This document shows, piece by piece, positions 52,590 through 57,592 of a stretch of DNA of 57,592 nucleotides (positions are counted from its first letter, which is position 1; each line of letters begins with the position of its first letter). The stretch lies in assembly GCA_002633005.1 (NCBI GenBank), contig NMRA01000149.1, positions 18,798-76,389 of the forward strand, written 5' to 3'. Source of the stretch: Phoronis australis. Taxonomy: Eukaryota; Animalia; Phoronida. Position numbers and translations under genes: made by a program. Below the pieces are notes generated by a model that was not told where the DNA came from, did no database searches, and saw nothing but the letters and a program-made list of their open reading frames with translations.

Positions 52590-52820
52590 GTGAGTATTAT
52601 ATCCATGTTTCATTTTCTCATGTCCCGTCAAAAAGTTGCAAAATAAGGTCACATAAGCCTACGTCATCTCGAGCCATGATGTCGTGAAAATATGTTAAGG
52701 TATTACATTCAGATCCAATGAGGGGACACTCTGGTGTCAGAAATGTTGCTCGTAGGAAAACCATGAACAGAAAAAATCTCAGTTCACTACCTTTCACGAG
52801 CTCCTGACCAGAACCATTAA

Positions 52821-52945
52821 AGAGGCCTGGAACTCGAAAAATAGTCTAAATTGCATGATTCAGAGTGGTTCTCTGCCACTGAAACAGAGTTCACTCTGCT
52901 CATCATGTGGTTTTACGGTTTGTGCGTAAAGATTTTGAATTTTGT
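52821..52945. mobile_element. Terminus of a Kolobok-like element (same family as 2894-3684)
   Basis: TTAA|AGAGGCCTGGAACTCGAAA; alignable to 2894-3015; matching opposite end not seen in the window. Confidence 0.75.
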
Positions 52946-53235
52946 TGTTGTTTGTTGTTGATTCATCTTTCATGAGAGGTACTAATTGTTTAATAACTGT
53001 TAACAAAAACTGCGAAAAGTTGCCGAAGCCCGGGTTTTGGTACCATTTTAATACATATACTGGTTCGTTTTTGTTGTTTCTTAGTTTGAAGTTACCTTTT
53101 CTTGACCCACTGAAGCACTGTTCATAAACGAAAGAAATATTTACTCAGCACTGTTTCTTGAAAGCCACTGAATTTGTTGCTGTGTTTGCAGCGTCTCGGA
53201 AGCACAGCTTAGAGGCGAGACCAGGTTGCATGAAG

Positions 53236-54026
53236 TTAGGCGTGCAAGCGCCTCCCAAAGGTTGTCCTTGGACAGTGAAGAGAACGCAGACAATTTGGAA
53301 CGCAGACTTCAAGAGGAAATCGGCCACAAGCATATGGAATGAAGCTGCTTCTGCAATCTTCATGAAACACTCTTAAAGTGTCTTAAATGAATGAAATGTA
53401 TTGGAAATATCTCACAATCATTTCAAAGAAAATATAAATATATCTGAACGCATTTATTGCATTTTAATTTTATCTCAACACCGCATAACGATGCTTCGTT
53501 GTAAAAGTCTACCATATGTCAAGACCTTAGGCAAGCACTGATACAATTAGAGGTGCTTCGAACTCTCGTTCAGAAAGGAATCAAAATTACCGGAGATTTC
53601 AAATAAAGCACCCTTAACCAGAAAGCGCCAATGAGCGTTTTTCCGAAATCCTGTGCAGGACTTCGACCACTTGCACTTGTGAAACTGGTTTTGACTTACC
53701 CTCTGACACAGCGCCACCTATACTGAAAAGTGGCCTGGTGGAAACATGATGAACGACGCAGAAGGTCACGGGTTCGAGTCCCGGTTGGCAAAAAAATCAG
53801 TCTTTTCACTAGGTCCCCTGATCAGGCCACATGTGGCCGACTGACCAGACTTAAAAATGTTATGTAATATTATTTTTTCAAACTGAACAATAAAACGTAC
53901 AAAAGTCTACCGATGATGCGAGTCGCTTGCTACCATTGCTTGGGCGTATAATTATTCCCAGCACTATACCTGTATGATAGAAAGTAGGATAGCAGTAAGT
54001 AAAAGTATAGCAGACAGCAAGCCCAT
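53236..54026 (-). CDS. Candidate small secreted Cys-rich peptide gene (or pseudogene)
   Basis: TATAAA at 54105-54110; gaaaATGg; exon 54026-53970 MGLLSAILLLTAILLSIIQ; possible micro-exon CLPKVLTY near 53537-53513 (weak donor); exon from 53381 TLRVFHEDCRSSFIPYACGRFPLEVCVPNCLRSLHCPRTTFGRRLHA*. Confidence 0.4.
53730..53789 (+). promoter_or_regulatory. tRNA-derived A/B box segment (SINE-head-like)
   Basis: GTGGCCTGGTGG ... CACGGGTTCGAGTCCCG; followed by a GGCCACATGTGGCC palindrome near 53825. Confidence 0.55.
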
Positions 54027-54211
54027 TTTCTGCTGTTTGTTTCTTGGTAGATTTTAAGGCATTCACACCGCACTACTTTTTGGGAACTCTCTCGCTGCTA
54101 CATGTTTATAGCTTAGCCACCTATAGACATTTGGTTGCTCCTTGTTACCCTATGGTGTAGCCATCACGCGCGTTCAATGCAGATGAATAGCATATAAAAC
54201 ATATAAAACGA

Positions 54212-54305
54212 GATATGAGAATGGTCTTCCTGAGGTGTGCATGCGTGAATGAATGGTGTACTTATTTGTTTGTTTGTTTTTGTAATTGTTTGTAAATGAC
54301 AATAA

Positions 54306-54361
<56 letters not shown>
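54212..54361 (+). mobile_element. Very short L1/Tx1 3'-end insertion with (CA)n(TA)n tail
   Basis: Matches the 3' UTR at 51069-51168; flanked by the 11-bp direct repeat ATATAAAACGA (54201-54211, 54362-54372). Confidence 0.85.
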
Positions 54362-54366
<5 letters not shown>

Positions 54367-54519
54367 AAACGATAGAGCATAAGGGAATTTTGTTTGAACT
54401 AACACGCTCAACAAGTATTTTGCCCCTATACTGGGAATTCCTTCTGATTTAAGACCATTTTCACAGTATCTGGGAAAAAATGCCGAAGGACCTTCAGCTC
54501 TGTTTGGTTAACTTGTTAA

Positions 54520-55630
54520 AGAGTTCCCACCATGCATTTTCTTACTTTTTCTGGTTTCAGTTAGTTAATATGAATCGAATACCATAAAATCTTGCTAAAT
54601 AGACACTTTTTATGCCAAATAGTGGCAACGTTTTTAATTTTGAAGAAAAATTACTTACATGTATTTCTAAGTTTCCCGCCAAATGATGCAATGGGTGGAA
54701 GACGGTTGGCCGCTTGACAATCATTTGCAATGTCGGAACACTGCAGGTCAGAAGACAATGACAATATTAGGCGAGAATTGGACACTTATTATGCAGGTCG
54801 AGAGGAGAGTGGATACGGGCACTTATACTCAAGTACTTGAAGAATCAGACAATGAATTCGATTTCCCATTTAGCGAACTTTCGTCGGTTTCAGGGCGTAT
54901 GAACTCGACTCACTTGCACGAGAAACGACATATGTGAGCCACAACCAACTCTACCAAGTGGTGGTCACTACTCACGAAATAGACACTTAATAATTACTGA
55001 CAAAGGCCACAGCCAACCTGGGTTACTCGTATTCACTATTGCCGTGATGGAATGAGCACAGTCTAAACACGATATGCATAAGCCTACTTGTAGTAGCACT
55101 CGATCTGGGTCGGGGTCCAGGGCCTGGCATCACTCGCCCTAGAATGGAAGCAGTTTGTTCGTTATTTACAAAATTTGCAAATGCACTTACATGTACTTGG
55201 TGGTGAGTCATACATGTACATTGTAACGTCGCTTATGTGTGTGGTCGAAACACGATTCTTTGAAATATGCAGATCAAAGTGTGGCTTACGCCAAACTGAA
55301 TCTCGTGTTCCACACTGACACTCCACACTCTTGTTCGACGCACAATCATAGGTGGCGCAGCACTGAAAAAAGTGGGGGCTAAACCCCCCCCCCGCCCCCA
55401 GCCCTCCTGGCTCCACGCAGACTTTCTTCACAACTCCTCAGTATCGCCCTGGTAAAACAACAACGGCTGAGGCGGTCTTCCACCCATTGCGTACAAACTC
55501 GATAACAGAAAAATATATTTTTAAAATTTTTAGATTGTTTTGTAGCAACAGGTGTATTAAAGGCTATTAAATCTTTTAAAAAGTAATAATAAAATTCCTT
55601 TTTGAGATACAGGGTCATGGTGGGAACTCT
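54520..55630. mobile_element. 1.1 kb non-autonomous TTAA-targeting (Kolobok-like) element
   Basis: Perfect 15-bp TIR AGAGTTCCCACCATG / CATGGTGGGAACTCT; TTAA on both sides; inner inverted repeat GCAATGGGTGGAAGAC near 54687 and 55475. Confidence 0.9.
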
Positions 55631-55679
55631 TTAATAGTGAGTGGAATATAGTGTGCGATTGCAGCAATGAAGTTATCAC

Positions 55680-56666
55680 ACGTATGACTCAGATTGAGAG
55701 CATTTTTGGCCCATGAGCTCGGTCAGGGCCATGCACTACTCTCAAAGTTTGCGTCAATATTTGGTCTGAAAAATATGCATGAAAAAACAGTCCAACGCAT
55801 CAGTAAGTCTGTACAGCAAAGTTATGTTCAAGCCAGACAGGAAAACATTGATGTAGCAGCAGGAAATTGTCCGTCAAGCGCACTTAGATTTAGACCCTAC
55901 GTTGGATCCCGATGACACAATTGGCATAGTCATGTCGTTTGATGGGACTTGGCATAAACGCGGGTTTTCATCGCATTACGGAGTTGGTACCGTAATTGAA
56001 GTTTTCACAGGTTATGTGTTAGACTATGAAGTATTGTCGTCGAACTGCCACGCATGTGTTTTGGCAGAAAATGGCAGCTACAACACTGCTGAGTGGATGG
56101 AGAGTCATGGCCAAAACTGTGTTAAAAATCACGCTGGATCTAGCAAGTGCATGGAGACTGCAGCTGCACTCAAGATTTGGTCGCGCAGTGTCGACAAGTA
56201 TAATTTGCGGTATACTAAAATTATTTCTGATGGGAACTCCACAGCATATAAAGCTGTGTGTGATGCTAAGGTCTATGGCGAAACTGAAATTGAGAAAATG
56301 TGTCTCAATCATTGCAGTAAACGTGTTGGCACAAATCTGTTGAAATTGTCATAGGACTGTAAGCTCGGTGGCCGAGGCCAAGGAAAGCTGACTAAGCAAA
56401 AGTGTGTCGTACTACAAAATTATTATCGTCAGACTGTGCTTTCCTACTTGAACGACATTGAGACAATGAAGAACAAAATTTACGCATCACTTTTCCATTG
56501 TATGTCTACAGACAGGGACCCGCGTCACCACCGCTGCCCGCCTGGATCAGACAGTTGGTGCTTCTACCGTCGTGCTCAAGCTGAGGGGACTGATCCACCA
56601 CCCCATGAACAGGCAGTCGGGCATCCTCTTTCGGTAGAAGTAGTAATTAAAATTTGTCCTCTGTAT
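55680..56666 (+). pseudogene. DDE/D transposase (Mutator-like-transposase domain type, probably Kolobok superfamily), disabled and 3'-interrupted
   Basis: ELGQGHALLSKF, SFDGTWHKRGFSSHYGVG, TGYVLDYEVLS, NHAGSSKCME, ISDGNS, CLNHCSKR, GGRGQGKLT, HHRCPPGSDSWC; frameshift near 55865; TAG at 56352. Confidence 0.85.
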
Positions 56667-56982
56667 AACATAAATAAGGACAAAGGTCTGGGATTCCCTT
56701 GCCTTACTTTACAATTCAATGAAAATAAAGTTTACTAAGTTAAAAATATACGTGAACCGGATTTCGAAATAGATTTAACAAAAGAAAACAAAAACATACA
56801 AGACAATATAGTAGTATATGGCTCTGAAAAAAAGGAGGGGGNCGAAATGAACTACCCGAGCTGTGTGAAATTTCTGGGTCTAACGGAGACACTGACGCAG
56901 TGGTCAGTCAGATCGCTGTATCAAGACTATAGTCAAAAATCCAAATTCGTTTTATCGTGTCCCTGTCAATAATAACGGCATG

Positions 56983-57592
56983 TTTTTTTGTTTTTTTTAT
57001 ATTTTTTGTTCTCCCAGTTCAACATAAGTAAGGACAAAGGTCTGGGGTTCCCTTGCCTTACTTTACAATTCAATGAAAATAAAGTTTACTAAGTTAAAAA
57101 TATACGTGAACCGGATTTTGAAATACATTTAACAAAAGAAAACAAAAACATAGAAGACAGTATAGTAGTATATGGCTCTGAAAAGAAAAAAAAGGAGGGG
57201 GGAGAGTATTTTGGAATGATAAAATATCCTTACATTGCTATCAAATTATGCATTTGTGACCACCTGTTTGTAAATTTTTCCATTTGCAAATTTTTTGAAT
57301 AAATATGTTTTTCACTGGAGTAATAACTGTTAATTTCTTTTGTTAATGCAATTAAATTTGGAGGTTTACCCTTGAGATGTTGCTTATATAAATGGAACTT
57401 GCTGAGACACAAGATTAAATTTTGAATTGGCTGGCTTCTACATCTGTTTCCAAAGAAAACTGTAAGCACATTTGTACCAAGGGAAATATTAGTTTTGTTT
57501 CTAACCCAACCTTCAACATTGTTCCAAAAATTTTGAACAACATCACATTGCCAGTATAAGTGAAGCAAAGTCTCAGGTTCAGTCTTACAAAA
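56983..57592 (-). mobile_element. L1/Tx1-type LINE 3' end (second family), runs off the window
   Basis: FCKTEPETLLHLYWQC...FW, ILCLSKFHLYK, ...RW; A-rich tail; 3' UTR duplicated at 56667-56841 next to N at 56842. Confidence 0.9.

Noticed and set aside
21654-53789. Functional tRNA genes at 21654 and 53730
   Set aside because: Only the A/B boxes are retained; no complete cloverleaf.

Overview
AT-rich animal (probably invertebrate) genomic DNA from a draft assembly, with one 25-N gap and five single-N joins, most with duplicated flanks. It consists almost entirely of nested transposable elements. The centre holds a disabled Helentron/Helitron2-type rolling-circle transposase gene (30328-36905: 23-aa N-terminal repeats, Cys cluster, OTU protease, HUH/Y2 Rep, PIF1-type SF1 helicase, AP-like endonuclease). 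Upstream of it is a divergent, spliced and nearly intact OB-fold (SSB/RPA-like) gene (24407 to ~22675). Downstream is a ~5 kb head-to-tail array of non-autonomous Helentron-type elements (41.7-46.85 kb). The window also contains a 3.1 kb CAC...GTG DNA transposon with a 5-bp TSD and two convergent decayed genes; TTAA-targeting (Kolobok-like) elements with a transposase pseudogene; CAG(G/T)GGCGGATC MITEs with 5-bp TSDs; a Harbinger-like element; CR1/L2 and L1/Tx1 LINE fragments; a decayed Copia element; a THAP exon; and two signal-peptide-encoding exons, one of which may be transposon cargo. All family assignments come from motif recognition by eye; no searches were run.
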